The translations under genes and the position numbers were made by a program. Of a stretch of DNA of 24,000 nt, positions 8,170 through 17,034 are shown piece after piece. The stretch is from Trinickia symbiotica (GTDB taxonomy: Bacteria; Pseudomonadota; Gammaproteobacteria; Burkholderiales; Burkholderiaceae), in the NCBI RefSeq assembly GCF_002934455.1, contig NZ_PTIR01000012.1, positions 133,265-157,264 on the forward strand, in the 5' to 3' direction. The first letter of the stretch is position 1, and each line of letters starts with the position of its first letter. The notes under the pieces were generated by a model. The model saw only the letters and a program-made list of their open reading frames with translations, made no database searches and was not told the DNA's origin.

Positions 8170-10806
8170 ATGCTGACGTCCCTAATCGTCCGACTCGTCG
8201 ACTGGTCGGTGCGCCGCCCGATCTGGGTCGTCGCGCTCGCGTTGGCGCTGGCTGCGGCAAGCGGCGTCTACGTCGCGCGACACTTCCAGATCAATACGGA
8301 TGTAAGCAAGCTGATCGAGAACGAGCCCCAATGGGCAGCGCTCGGCGCGGCGCTCGACCGTGCCTTTCCGCAGCGCGACCAGACGATCCTCGCCGTTGTC
8401 GAGGCCCCGGCGCCGGAGCTCGCCGATGCAGCGGCCGATGCGCTCGCCGCCGGTCTTAAAACGCCCGTTTACGCGAGTGAGATCGGCGACGTCACACAGC
8501 CCGCTGGCGGCCCGCTCTTCGAGCACAACGGTTTGCTCTTCCTGTCGACGCGCGAGGTGGCCGGCACGACGTCGCAACTGGCAAGCGCGAAGCCGCTCAT
8601 CAACGCCCTCGCTCACGATCCGAGCTTGACGGGCCTTGCCACGACGCTGTCGACGATGCTCGGGTTGCCGTTGCAATCAGGGCAAGTCGCACTGCCGAGC
8701 CTCGCGACGCTATTCTCGCGCAGCGCCGATACCGTCGACGCGGTGCTGGCGGGCAAGCCGGCGGCGTTCTCATGGCGCGCGCTCGTCGACGCCGACGCGG
8801 CGCGCCAGCCGGCACGCGCGTTCGTCACCGTGACGCCGGTGCTCCACTTCGGAGCGTTGCAGGCAGGCGCGCAGGCTTCTGCGGCGATCCGTGCCGCCGC
8901 CGTCTCGCTCGACTTGCAAAAGCGGTTTGGCGCGGTGGTCCGGCTGACCGGACAGCAGCCGCTCGCCGACGAGGAATTCGCCTCCGTCCAAGACGGAGCC
9001 GCCGTGAATGGCATCATCACGCTGCTGGTCGTGCTCGCGATCCTCTGGCTCGCGCTGCGCTCGATGCGCATCATCGGCGCGGTTTTCGTCACGCTTGCCG
9101 TGGGGCTGCCGATCACGACGGCGCTGGGGCTCATGATGGTCGGCTCGCTGAACATGATTTCGGTCGCGTTCATGGTGCTCTTCATCGGGCTCGGCGCGGA
9201 CTTCGCGATCCAGTACGGCGTCAAATATCGGGAAGAGCATTTTCGCGATGCGCGGCTCGATCATGCGCTCGTCGGCGCCGTGCACTCAATGGGCCTGCCC
9301 CTGACGCTCGCGGCCGCGGCCGTGGCAACGAGCTTCTTTTCGTTCCTGCCGACGGCCTACCGCGGCGTCTCCGAGCTCGGCCTCATCGCCGGCGTCGGCA
9401 TGATCGTGGCTTACCTCAGCACGATGACTGTATTGCCGGCGTTGCTGAAACTGCTCGCGCCTCCCGGTGAGCCGGCGAGCCCGGGCTTTCCCCGGCTGGC
9501 ACCCATCGACGATTTTCTTCAGGCCCACCGCAAACCGATATTGATCGGCACGCTTGCCGTCATCGTCTGCGGGCTGCCCCTGCTTGCGCATCTGCAGTTC
9601 GACTTCAACCCGTTGCATCTGAAGGACCCGACGACGGAATCGATGGCGACGTTGCTTTCGCTGAAGGATTCGCCGGAGGCGGGCGTCAACGATGTGGTCG
9701 TGCTCGCGCCGTCGCTTGCCGCCGCCGACGCCACGGCACAGCGTCTCGGCCGGCTACCGGAGGTGGGGAGCGCCACGACGCTGTCGACGTTCGTTCCCGC
9801 CGATCAGCCCGAGAAGCTCGCGTCGATCAAGCAGGCCGCCGATGCGCTGCTGCCCGCGCTGACACAGCCGACTGCCCCGCCGGCCATGGACGCTCAGCGC
9901 GTCGCCGCGCTCAAGCGCGCGTCGAACCTGCTCGAATACGCGGCCGAGGATCATCCGGGGCCGGGCGCGAGCGAGGCGCGACGCCTGTCGGCATCGATTT
10001 CGAAACTGGCCTCGGCGGCTCCCACGGCGCGCGACCGTGCCGAGGCGGCGTTCTCGACGCCGCTTCGACTCGCGCTTCGGCAACTGACGATGCTGCTGCA
10101 GCCCTCCACGATTACGCGCGAAGGGCTGCCGCCCGGATTGGTTCGCCAATGGGTCGCCCCAGGCGGCGCCGCGCTCGTGCAGATCGCGCCGCGCGTGCCG
10201 CCCGGCGTCGATCCCAATGACGACGCGATGTTGCGCCGCTTCGCCAACGCGGTGAAACACGCGGATCCGGCAGCGATCGGTGGGCCGATTTCGATCCTCT
10301 ATTCGGCGCGCGTAATCATCAAGGCATTCCTGCAGGCCGCCGTGCTCGCCGTGATCTCGATCACGGTCTTGCTGTGGCTTGCGCTCGGCCGCTTCGGCGA
10401 CGTGCTGCGAACGATGATTCCGCTGCTGGCCTCGGCCCTCGTCACGCTCGAGCTTTGCGTGATCTTCGGCATGCCGCTCAACTTCGCCAATATCATCGCG
10501 CTGCCTTTGATGCTTGGCGTCGGCGTAGCATTCAAGGTGTATTTCGTGATGGCATGGCGAGCCGGTCAGACTAGCCTGCTTTCGTCCAGTCTCACTCACG
10601 CAGTGCTGTTCAGTGCCGCAACGACGGCAACCGCGTTCGGCAGCCTTTGGCTCTCGCATCATCCGGGCACCGCCAGCATGGGACGGCTGCTCGCACTCGC
10701 GCTTTCATGCACGCTCGTCGGTGCGGTCGTTTTTCAGCCGATATTGATGGGCAAGCCGCGTAAAGCACAAGCGCCCCGCAAAGAACTAGAAGGAATCGAT
10801 AGATAA
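8170..10806 (+). CDS. hpnN: Hopanoid transporter HpnN (RND superfamily, MMPL-type)
   Basis: This is an 878-aa protein with two blocks of about 6 TM helices, each preceded by a large periplasmic domain. The N-terminus [21 protein letters not shown]...[16 protein letters not shown] is typical of Burkholderia HpnN. It sits in a hopanoid cluster. Confidence 0.9.
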   Translation: MLTSLIVRLVDWSVRRPIWVVALALALAAASGVYVARHFQINTDVSKLIENEPQWAALGAALDRAFPQRDQTILAVVEAPAPELADAAADALAAGLKTPVYASEIGDVTQPAGGPLFEHNGLLFLSTREVAGTTSQLASAKPLINALAHDPSLTGLATTLSTMLGLPLQSGQVALPSLATLFSRSADTVDAVLAGKPAAFSWRALVDADAARQPARAFVTVTPVLHFGALQAGAQASAAIRAAAVSLDLQKRFGAVVRLTGQQPLADEEFASVQDGAAVNGIITLLVVLAILWLALRSMRIIGAVFVTLAVGLPITTALGLMMVGSLNMISVAFMVLFIGLGADFAIQYGVKYREEHFRDARLDHALVGAVHSMGLPLTLAAAAVATSFFSFLPTAYRGVSELGLIAGVGMIVAYLSTMTVLPALLKLLAPPGEPASPGFPRLAPIDDFLQAHRKPILIGTLAVIVCGLPLLAHLQFDFNPLHLKDPTTESMATLLSLKDSPEAGVNDVVVLAPSLAAADATAQRLGRLPEVGSATTLSTFVPADQPEKLASIKQAADALLPALTQPTAPPAMDAQRVAALKRASNLLEYAAEDHPGPGASEARRLSASISKLASAAPTARDRAEAAFSTPLRLALRQLTMLLQPSTITREGLPPGLVRQWVAPGGAALVQIAPRVPPGVDPNDDAMLRRFANAVKHADPAAIGGPISILYSARVIIKAFLQAAVLAVISITVLLWLALGRFGDVLRTMIPLLASALVTLELCVIFGMPLNFANIIALPLMLGVGVAFKVYFVMAWRAGQTSLLSSSLTHAVLFSAATTATAFGSLWLSHHPGTASMGRLLALALSCTLVGAVVFQPILMGKPRKAQAPRKELEGIDR

Positions 10807-10807
10807 G

Positions 10808-11662
10808 ATGCGAACCTTTGCTGCCACTCTCGCTGCCGCGGCCATGCTCGCGGGCTGCGCAACAGGTGCGAACCGCACGCCAGGCGACCCGCTCGAGCCG
10901 ATGAACCGCACGATCTTCAGGTTCAACGACGCCGTGGACCACGCCATTGCGATACCGGTTGCGAAGGGCTATCAGAAAGTGACGCCGCACCCGTTGCGCA
11001 CGGCGATCAGCAACTTCTTCTCGAATCTCGGCGATCTCAGCAATATCGCCAACGAGTTGCTGCAGTTGAAGATCACCGATGCGACGTCGGACATGATCCG
11101 CTTCTCGATGAACACGGTGTTCGGCATCGGCGGCCTCATCGATTTCGCGACGCTTGCGAGACTGCCCAAACACCATCAGGACTTCGGGCTCACCCTCGGG
11201 CGCTGGGGCGTGCCTTCGGGGCCTTACCTCGTGCTGCCGGTCTTCGGACCGAGCACGTTCCGGGACGGCGTCGGGCTCGCCGTCGATGTCCGCTTCAATC
11301 CGCTGAACTATGCGGAGCCGTCCACGCGCACGCAGCTCTATGTCCTGCAATTCGTCAGCGCGCGCTCCGACCTGCTGGGGGCGACGAACATCCTCGAGCA
11401 AGCGGCGCTCGACAAATACTCGTTCGTCCGGGACGCCTACTTGCAGCAGCGGCGCTCGCGCTTGGGCGCCGAGACGGGCACGGCGCCCGCGCTGCCGAAC
11501 TATGGCGACGAAGAAAGCTCAGGTGCGGCGCCGGCGGCGCCCGCGAGCGGAAGCGAGCCGGCGACAACCACGCCGACCAGCCCTCCGGTGCCGACGGCAC
11601 CCCTGCCCGCTCCCGCGCCCGCTACGCCGGCCGCGCCGGCAAGCTCCGCCGCCGGCAAGTAG
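10808..11662 (+). CDS. MlaA/VacJ-family outer-membrane lipoprotein with a Pro/Ala/Thr-rich C-terminal tail
   Basis: The lipobox is LAGC (Cys17). MlaA-family blocks include DPLEPMNRTIFRFND, NFFSNLGD, NTVFGIGGLIDFA, GPYLVLPVFGPSTFRD and FVRDAYLQQR. The ATG lies 1 nt after the hpnN stop. Confidence 0.88.
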   Translation: MRTFAATLAAAAMLAGCATGANRTPGDPLEPMNRTIFRFNDAVDHAIAIPVAKGYQKVTPHPLRTAISNFFSNLGDLSNIANELLQLKITDATSDMIRFSMNTVFGIGGLIDFATLARLPKHHQDFGLTLGRWGVPSGPYLVLPVFGPSTFRDGVGLAVDVRFNPLNYAEPSTRTQLYVLQFVSARSDLLGATNILEQAALDKYSFVRDAYLQQRRSRLGAETGTAPALPNYGDEESSGAAPAAPASGSEPATTTPTSPPVPTAPLPAPAPATPAAPASSAAGK

Positions 11663-11674
11663 ACCTGCGCGGGC

Positions 11675-12370
11675 CTATGCCGGCAATCCGAATGCGCGGC
11701 CCAGTATTCGTCGCGCGCCCGTGAGCGTCGCGCGAGCGGCGCTTGCGTCCGCTGCAAGCCGAATCATCGCGGCGAGCTGCCAGGGCGCCTTCAAAAGCTC
11801 TGTAAGGATCGGCATCAGGGCAGTCGTGCCGTCGTCGCGCAGACCGGCCGTTGCCGCGCTCGGCAACGAGCGCCAGGCGGGATCGACGATGGCCCGGCAG
11901 GCCACGAACGGCAGGCCGCGCGCCTCGGCCATCGCAGCGGCGATATGTGATTCCATGTCGACCGCAAGCGCTCCCGCGGCGAGATGCAATGCAGCCTTTT
12001 GCTCGACGGTGACAAGTGGAGCCGTCACGGCAGCGAGCGTACCGAACCGGACACGCGGCGCAAGCGGCGACGCGGCGAGCGCCGCGGCGATCCGCGCGCT
12101 CCATGACGAATCCGTGCGCGCGCGGCCAAACGGACCTTCAATTGCGTCGGCGACGATCAGCGTCCCGGGCTTCAGGTCGGCGTCGAGTCCGCCTGCCGTC
12201 CCGAAGCTGACGACGCCCGAAACGCCGCGCGCGAGCGCCTCGGCAAGCGCATGCTCGAGCAAATCGGCGCGGGCGGCGAATACCGCCTCGACACCTTCGC
12301 CGCGCGCGATGCGGGCTTCGAAAGCCATGCCCGTGACCGCGACGACCGGTGCCGTCGCCCCCTGCCCCAT
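11675..12370 (-). CDS. hpnG: Hopanoid-associated phosphorylase/nucleosidase (HpnG, PNP/UDP family)
   Basis: MGQGATAPVVAVTGMAFEARIA...VVSFGTAGGLDADLKPGTLIVADAI...LAVDMESHIAA is a PNP_UDP_1-like fold as seen in HpnG. The start is set at ATG 12370, 2 nt after the shc stop. The ORF-track start at 12439 would overlap shc. Confidence 0.8.
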   Translation of the reverse strand: MGQGATAPVVAVTGMAFEARIARGEGVEAVFAARADLLEHALAEALARGVSGVVSFGTAGGLDADLKPGTLIVADAIEGPFGRARTDSSWSARIAAALAASPLAPRVRFGTLAAVTAPLVTVEQKAALHLAAGALAVDMESHIAAAMAEARGLPFVACRAIVDPAWRSLPSAATAGLRDDGTTALMPILTELLKAPWQLAAMIRLAADASAARATLTGARRILGRAFGLPA

Positions 12371-12372
12371 CG

Positions 12373-14370
12373 TCACATGCCGACCGCAATGCGCGTCTCG
12401 CCGTCGCGCATCATGTTTCGATAGCGAGCGAGCGCCCATAGCGGGAAGAACTTTCGATAGCCGTGATAGCGCAAATAGAAGACGCGCGGAAAGCCCGTTG
12501 CCGTAAACCGCGTCTCATCCCATAGCCCATGCGCGCACTGCGTGCGCGTCAGATAGGCGATGCCGCGCTCGACGGCCGGATGATCGACGATGCCGCACGC
12601 CATCAGGCCGAGCAAAGCCCAGGCCGTTTGCGACGCGGTGCTCGGCGCGCGCTCGTATCCGCGGTAGTCGAGCTTGTAGCTCGTGCCGTCCTCGCCCCAG
12701 CCGCCATCGTCGTTCTGTATCGAGATCAGCCACTGCGCGGCGCGGCGGATTCGCGGATCGTCATGCGGCATCCCTACCGCATTCAACGCGCACAGGACCG
12801 ACCAGGTGCCATAGATGTAGTTCATCCCCCAACGCCCATACCAGCTACCGTCGGTCTCCTGCTCGTTGAGCAGATAGTCGTACGCGCGACGAGCCGGCTC
12901 GCTATTGCGGGGCAGTTCGCCGAGTTGCGCGAGCATCGAAAGGCAGCGGCCGGAGACGTCGGCCGTCGGGGGATCGAGCAACGCGCCGTGGTCGGAGAAC
13001 GGAATGTTGTTGAGGTGGTAATGCGTGTTTTCGGGCTCGAATGCGCCCCACCCGCCATCGCTGCTTTGCATGCCGACGATCCATTCGCGCGCGCGGGCGA
13101 TCGCCTCGCGATCGACGTTCGAGCCCGTGAGTCGAGCCGCACGGTCCATCGCCATCGCAACGACGGCCGTATCGTCGACATCGGGGTAATGGGGGTTCGC
13201 GTACTGAAACGCCCAACCGCCGGGGCGCACGTCGGGGCGACGCGAAATCCAGTCGCCGCGAACGTCGAGGATCTGCAGTGGGCGCAGCCATTGAAGCCCC
13301 CTGCCGGCAGCCTGCTCCGCGCGCGGCAAGCGCGTTTCCAGCAGCGCATGAGCCGCCAGCGACGTATCCCACACGGGCGAGAGGCACGGCTGGCAATAGG
13401 CTTCCTCGTCGCCCACCGCGAGCAGCTTGTCGATGGATGCGCGCGCGATCGCGCGGTTCGGATGGTCGGGCGCGTACCCGAGCGTGTCGTACATCATCAC
13501 GGAGTTAGCCATCGCCGGAAAAATCGCGCCGAGCCCGTCTTCACCGTTCAGGCGCTCGTCGACAAAGGCGACGGCGGCCTCGATCGCGCGCTCGCGCGTC
13601 GCCTTCGGAAAGAGGCCGTCGAACGCGCGCAGCACGACATCCGCGACGCGAAAGAGCGTGAACCAACCGCGGCTTTGATGCGGCGCGCGCGGCAGCATTC
13701 TCGCCTCGGAAGGCTTGCCCAGGAACAACTCGTCGATGCGCACCCCGCGCGGATTCCTCGCCACGGGCCGCCGCGCGTTAAGCACTAGCAGCGGCACGAT
13801 GACCGTGCGCGCCCAATAGGACACCTTGGACAGATGGAAGGGAAACCATGCGGGCAACAGCGTGATTTCGACGGGCATCATCGGCACGGCCCGCCACGGA
13901 ATGATCCCGAAGAGCGCCAGCAGAATCCGCGTGAACACGTTGACGGCTTCGGCGCCGCCGGCCTCGATGATGGCGCGGCGCGCGCGCACCATATGCTCGG
14001 CATTCTCGGAATCGCCGATCATCTTCAGCGCGAAGTACGCCTTGACGCTCGCGCTCACATCGAGCGCTCCATCCGCGAAAAGCGGCCAGCCGCCACCGGG
14101 CAGCTGAATGCGGCGCAGGTAGCGGCCGATTTTCTGTTCCAGCTCGACATTGGGCGACTCACCGAGATAGTGAATGAGCAGCACGTATTCGGCTGGGATC
14201 GTGGAATCGGCCTCGAGCTCGTATACCCAGTGTCCATCGGGACGTTGCGCGGCGAGAATGGCGTCGGTCGCGCGAGCGATGGCCGCGTCCAGCGCGGCGT
14301 CCATCGCATGGGATTCGCTCGTGTCGGAAGCCGCCGCAAGCGCGGCGGAGGGTGCGGAGAAATCGTTCAT
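12373..14370 (-). CDS. shc: Squalene-hopene cyclase
   Basis: The 665-aa protein carries the catalytic DxDD motif (DVDD, 13171-13182). It has repeated QW-type motifs (e.g. RPDGHWVYELE, QLPGGGWPLF, QSSDGGWGAF, QETDGSWYGRWG, QNDDGGWGE). The overall sequence is that of a class II terpene cyclase. Confidence 0.95.
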   Translation of the reverse strand: MNDFSAPSAALAAASDTSESHAMDAALDAAIARATDAILAAQRPDGHWVYELEADSTIPAEYVLLIHYLGESPNVELEQKIGRYLRRIQLPGGGWPLFADGALDVSASVKAYFALKMIGDSENAEHMVRARRAIIEAGGAEAVNVFTRILLALFGIIPWRAVPMMPVEITLLPAWFPFHLSKVSYWARTVIVPLLVLNARRPVARNPRGVRIDELFLGKPSEARMLPRAPHQSRGWFTLFRVADVVLRAFDGLFPKATRERAIEAAVAFVDERLNGEDGLGAIFPAMANSVMMYDTLGYAPDHPNRAIARASIDKLLAVGDEEAYCQPCLSPVWDTSLAAHALLETRLPRAEQAAGRGLQWLRPLQILDVRGDWISRRPDVRPGGWAFQYANPHYPDVDDTAVVAMAMDRAARLTGSNVDREAIARAREWIVGMQSSDGGWGAFEPENTHYHLNNIPFSDHGALLDPPTADVSGRCLSMLAQLGELPRNSEPARRAYDYLLNEQETDGSWYGRWGMNYIYGTWSVLCALNAVGMPHDDPRIRRAAQWLISIQNDDGGWGEDGTSYKLDYRGYERAPSTASQTAWALLGLMACGIVDHPAVERGIAYLTRTQCAHGLWDETRFTATGFPRVFYLRYHGYRKFFPLWALARYRNMMRDGETRIAVGM

Positions 14371-14382
14371 TTTTTTCTGGGC

Positions 14383-15231
14383 TCAGAAGAGCGCATAGCG
14401 CGCGACGATCCACAAAAGGCGCGCGCGGGGCTTGGGCGTAGGTGTGCGAGGCAAATCGAACCCGCGTTCGAGCGTACGCTCGAGCAGGCACCGATAGACG
14501 CCCGACATGATGCGAGGCGCGCGCACTGCCTTTCTGGGCGAGGCGTCCATGATCGCGTCGGCTTCACGGAAATGCTTCGTCGCCCGCTCGGCAAGCGTCG
14601 CGCAAACGCGCGGCAACGATGGGTCGTCCGCGATCGTCACTGGGTTCGTCGCGGCAATGCCTTCGCGGGCAAGCAATTCGCGCGGCAGATAGGAACGGTT
14701 GATGGCCGCGTCTTCGTCGATATCGCGCAGAATATTCGTCAACTGCAGGGCCCGGCCGAGGTGATGGGCGAGCCGCCTGCCCGGCTCTTCCTCCATCCCG
14801 AAGATTCTCACCGATAGGCGGCCCGCCGAACTCGCGACGCGGTCGCAATACAAATCGAGCGTCGCTTCGTCCGGCGCGCAGATATCCTCGGCCACGTCCA
14901 TTGCCATTCCATCGATCATGGCGTGAAAATCTTCGCGCTTCAGATCGAACGTGCGGATATGACGAGCAAGGGCCGCAAGCGCCGGCCGTGGCGTGCCGCC
15001 ATAGCAAGCGTCGATGTCCTCACGCCAGCGGTCGAGCGCCGCGCCGCGCTCGGCGCGTGGCGCATCGCTGTCGGCAATGTCGTCCACGGCTCGGCAAAAC
15101 GCGTAGATTCGAAACATCGCGTCGCGTTGAGCCGCAGGCAATATGCGCATTGCCAGATAGAACGAGCTGCCGGAAGTCACGGCTGCAGCGTCGATATCGG
15201 GTTCGTCTGCGACGGGATTTGAAACGGACAA
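14383..15231 (-). CDS. hpnD: Presqualene diphosphate synthase (squalene/phytoene synthase family, HpnD-like)
   Basis: SSFYLAMRILPAAQRDAMFRIYAFCRAVDDIAD (first Asp-rich motif) and ILRDIDEDAAINRSYLP (second) match the HpnD type rather than the HpnC type. The start is assigned to TTG 15231, which is preceded by GGAG 6 nt upstream and gives 282 aa. The 355-aa ATG version adds an Arg-rich, non-homologous extension. Confidence 0.8.
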   Translation of the reverse strand: MSVSNPVADEPDIDAAAVTSGSSFYLAMRILPAAQRDAMFRIYAFCRAVDDIADSDAPRAERGAALDRWREDIDACYGGTPRPALAALARHIRTFDLKREDFHAMIDGMAMDVAEDICAPDEATLDLYCDRVASSAGRLSVRIFGMEEEPGRRLAHHLGRALQLTNILRDIDEDAAINRSYLPRELLAREGIAATNPVTIADDPSLPRVCATLAERATKHFREADAIMDASPRKAVRAPRIMSGVYRCLLERTLERGFDLPRTPTPKPRARLLWIVARYALF

Positions 15232-15371
15232 AGCGAACTCCGCTGTGGGCGCCCATAGCGGGCGAATGAAAATCGATACTCTCCAGGCGGCGTGCCGCAA
15301 GCGCGCCGCATCGACTCGCCGCGCCCTGTCTTCCCGGGCGCAGTCCGCCGGCGGCGCCGGAAACCGGCAAA

Positions 15372-15380
15372 AGTATAGCA
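15372..15380 (-). promoter_or_regulatory. Candidate extended -10 promoter element for hpnD-shc-hpnG
   Basis: The minus strand reads TGCTATACT (TGn + TATACT), about 140 nt upstream of the proposed hpnD start. I found no convincing -35. Confidence 0.25.
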
Positions 15381-15472
15381 ATCTTTTAATCGGTGCCACA
15401 GCAAGGGCCGCGCCAGCCGTCAGGCGCAAGCGCGAACCGCGGCGATGCAAGAGGCGGAAAACGCGAGGCGCG

Positions 15473-16414
15473 TCAGGTCAGCGCGACGCAGCGATTGCGT
15501 CCTTGACGCTTGGCACTGTAGAGGGCGGCGTCCGCCTCATTGATCAGCACCTCATAGGTCGGCAGGCCGATCCGTGCAGCCGCGCAGCCAACGCTCGCCG
15601 TCACGGGTACGCGTACACCCTCCGCTTCGACAGGCGTATCGCCGATCGTCGTGCGGATCTTCTCGGCAACGACCATGGCATCGGCAAGCGGCGTGCAAGG
15701 CAGCAGCAACGCGAATTCCTCGCCGCCGAAGCGGCCGAAGATGTCTTGCACGCGAACCGCCTCGGCCACGCGCTGCGCCATGACGCGAAGGACTGTATCG
15801 CCGACCGCATGGCCGAAACGATCGTTGATGTTTTTGAAGTGATCGAGATCGAAAAGGAGCACCGACAATTCGCCGCCGTAACGTTCCCAGCGCGAAAATT
15901 CGTCGCGCAGGCGCCCTTCGAAATACCGGCGGTTGGCGATGCCTGTCAGGCCGTCGCGGTTCGCGTATTCGCGCAGCTTCACGACGGCTTCCTCGCGCTC
16001 GCGCTGCACGACGCTCACGTGCGTCACATCGGAGATCGTCACACACACGGCAATGACGTCTCGCTCGCGCGTGAGCGGCATGAACGTGCAATCCTGCTGC
16101 ATGAAGTCGACGCCGCCGGTGATGGGCCTGTCGTGATCGAACTTGAACAGGTAAGGCCGCTGCTCCCACGAGCTGAACGCGAAGCTGCCGAGTTGAAAGA
16201 CACTTTCGACCTTGCGCGTGAGCCAGACGCGCGGCAACTCGGGAAAGCTTTCGAAGATCGACTTGCCAACGACCTGCTGCGCGGTAAGTCCGCTGTGGTC
16301 CTGCATGAAGCGATTCCACATCAAGACCTTCATCGAGCGGTCGAGCACGAAAATGCCGAAGCCGACCCGTTCGAGCACCAAATCACTAAGAGACTGCTCC
16401 ATCGTCTGATTCAT
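15473..16414 (-). CDS. PAS-domain diguanylate cyclase (GGDEF)
   Basis: The N-terminal PAS-like domain reads GIFVLDRSMKVLMWNRFMQDHSGLTAQQVVGKSIFESFP. The GGDEF domain reads DGLTGIANRRYF...LLFDLDHFKNINDRFGH. The active-site GGEEF is at 15713-15727, with an RxxD I-site (RVQD) exactly 5 residues upstream. Its ATG overlaps the cheC-like stop (ATGA). Confidence 0.9.
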   Translation of the reverse strand: MNQTMEQSLSDLVLERVGFGIFVLDRSMKVLMWNRFMQDHSGLTAQQVVGKSIFESFPELPRVWLTRKVESVFQLGSFAFSSWEQRPYLFKFDHDRPITGGVDFMQQDCTFMPLTRERDVIAVCVTISDVTHVSVVQREREEAVVKLREYANRDGLTGIANRRYFEGRLRDEFSRWERYGGELSVLLFDLDHFKNINDRFGHAVGDTVLRVMAQRVAEAVRVQDIFGRFGGEEFALLLPCTPLADAMVVAEKIRTTIGDTPVEAEGVRVPVTASVGCAAARIGLPTYEVLINEADAALYSAKRQGRNRCVALT

Positions 16415-17034
16415 AAGCTCGACAACAGCGCGTTGAGCGCTTCATGCACGCGGCGGATCGAATCCTCGGCCATCAGCATCACCAGATGCGCGCGGAACGT
16501 CTGATCCTCGAGCGCGAAATTGACTTCGAGCAAGAGCGCCAATTTCCACGCCAGCACATCCGCCTGGAAAACGTCTTCGAGTGCGATCTTCTCGCCGAGC
16601 AGTCCCGGCGCGGAAAAGATGGGCGTACGGTCGAGCTGGTTCATGATGCACGACACGCAGGCGCCGGTGAGGACGTTCGCGACGTCGAACATCAGCTCGG
16701 TCTGGCTCACGGATTCGTAAGCCGAATGAATGTACGGATCGTTGACGAGCGAGCAGAGATTGCCGACGCCGCTGCTGCGGCAGATGACGAGCGCTTCGCC
16801 CTTGATGTCCGACCGAAAACCTTGTCGCACGGCCGTGACGGTTTCGTCGATGCCCGTCATCTCGCGCAGTGCCTGAGCCGCTTCTTCGACACGCACGACG
16901 CGCACCCGCGGCACCGACAGCTCGATGAACGTATCGAGCAGACGGGCGAGCCGTGTCGCGGCCTGCCCCATCGCCAGGTTGGCGATCTCCTGCAGGGCGT
17001 CGCGCTGGTCTTCGTTCAGGACGTGATCACGCAT
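16411..17034 (-). CDS. CheC/CheX-family CheY-P phosphatase-like protein
   Basis: An exact CheC active-site motif D-x3-E-x2-N-x22-P lies at residues 12-42 (DALQEIAN...22 aa...P; 16909-17001). A second, acid-swapped copy E-x3-D-x2-N-x22-P lies at residues 113-143. At 207 aa the size is CheC-like. Confidence 0.8.
   Translation of the reverse strand: MRDHVLNEDQRDALQEIANLAMGQAATRLARLLDTFIELSVPRVRVVRVEEAAQALREMTGIDETVTAVRQGFRSDIKGEALVICRSSGVGNLCSLVNDPYIHSAYESVSQTELMFDVANVLTGACVSCIMNQLDRTPIFSAPGLLGEKIALEDVFQADVLAWKLALLLEVNFALEDQTFRAHLVMLMAEDSIRRVHEALNALLSSL

Noticed and set aside
7805-8176. 123-aa ORF in the hpnM/hpnN intergenic region
   Set aside because: Its composition is Pro/Arg-rich. It has no SD and no domain-like sequence, and it runs into the hpnN start. 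It is more likely promoter or leader DNA.
9754-12506. ORFs 9754..10662(-), 10610..11401(-) and 11310..12506(+)
   Set aside because: These are shadow ORFs opposite hpnN, the MlaA-like gene and hpnG. They show no recognisable motifs and have extreme Arg/Pro/Ala content.
12529-14817. ORFs 12529..13788(+) 419 aa and 13834..14817(+) 327 aa
   Set aside because: They are antisense to shc and hpnD, whose identities are certain from the DxDD, QW and Asp-rich motifs on the minus strand.
15232-15450. 73-aa N-terminal extension of hpnD (ATG at 15450)
   Set aside because: The extension is Arg-rich and non-homologous, and it contains the best promoter-like element. HpnD homology and an SD-TTG begin at 15231.
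15245-16504. ORF 15245..16504(+) 419 aa
   Set aside because: It is antisense to the PAS-GGDEF gene and has no domain signature.
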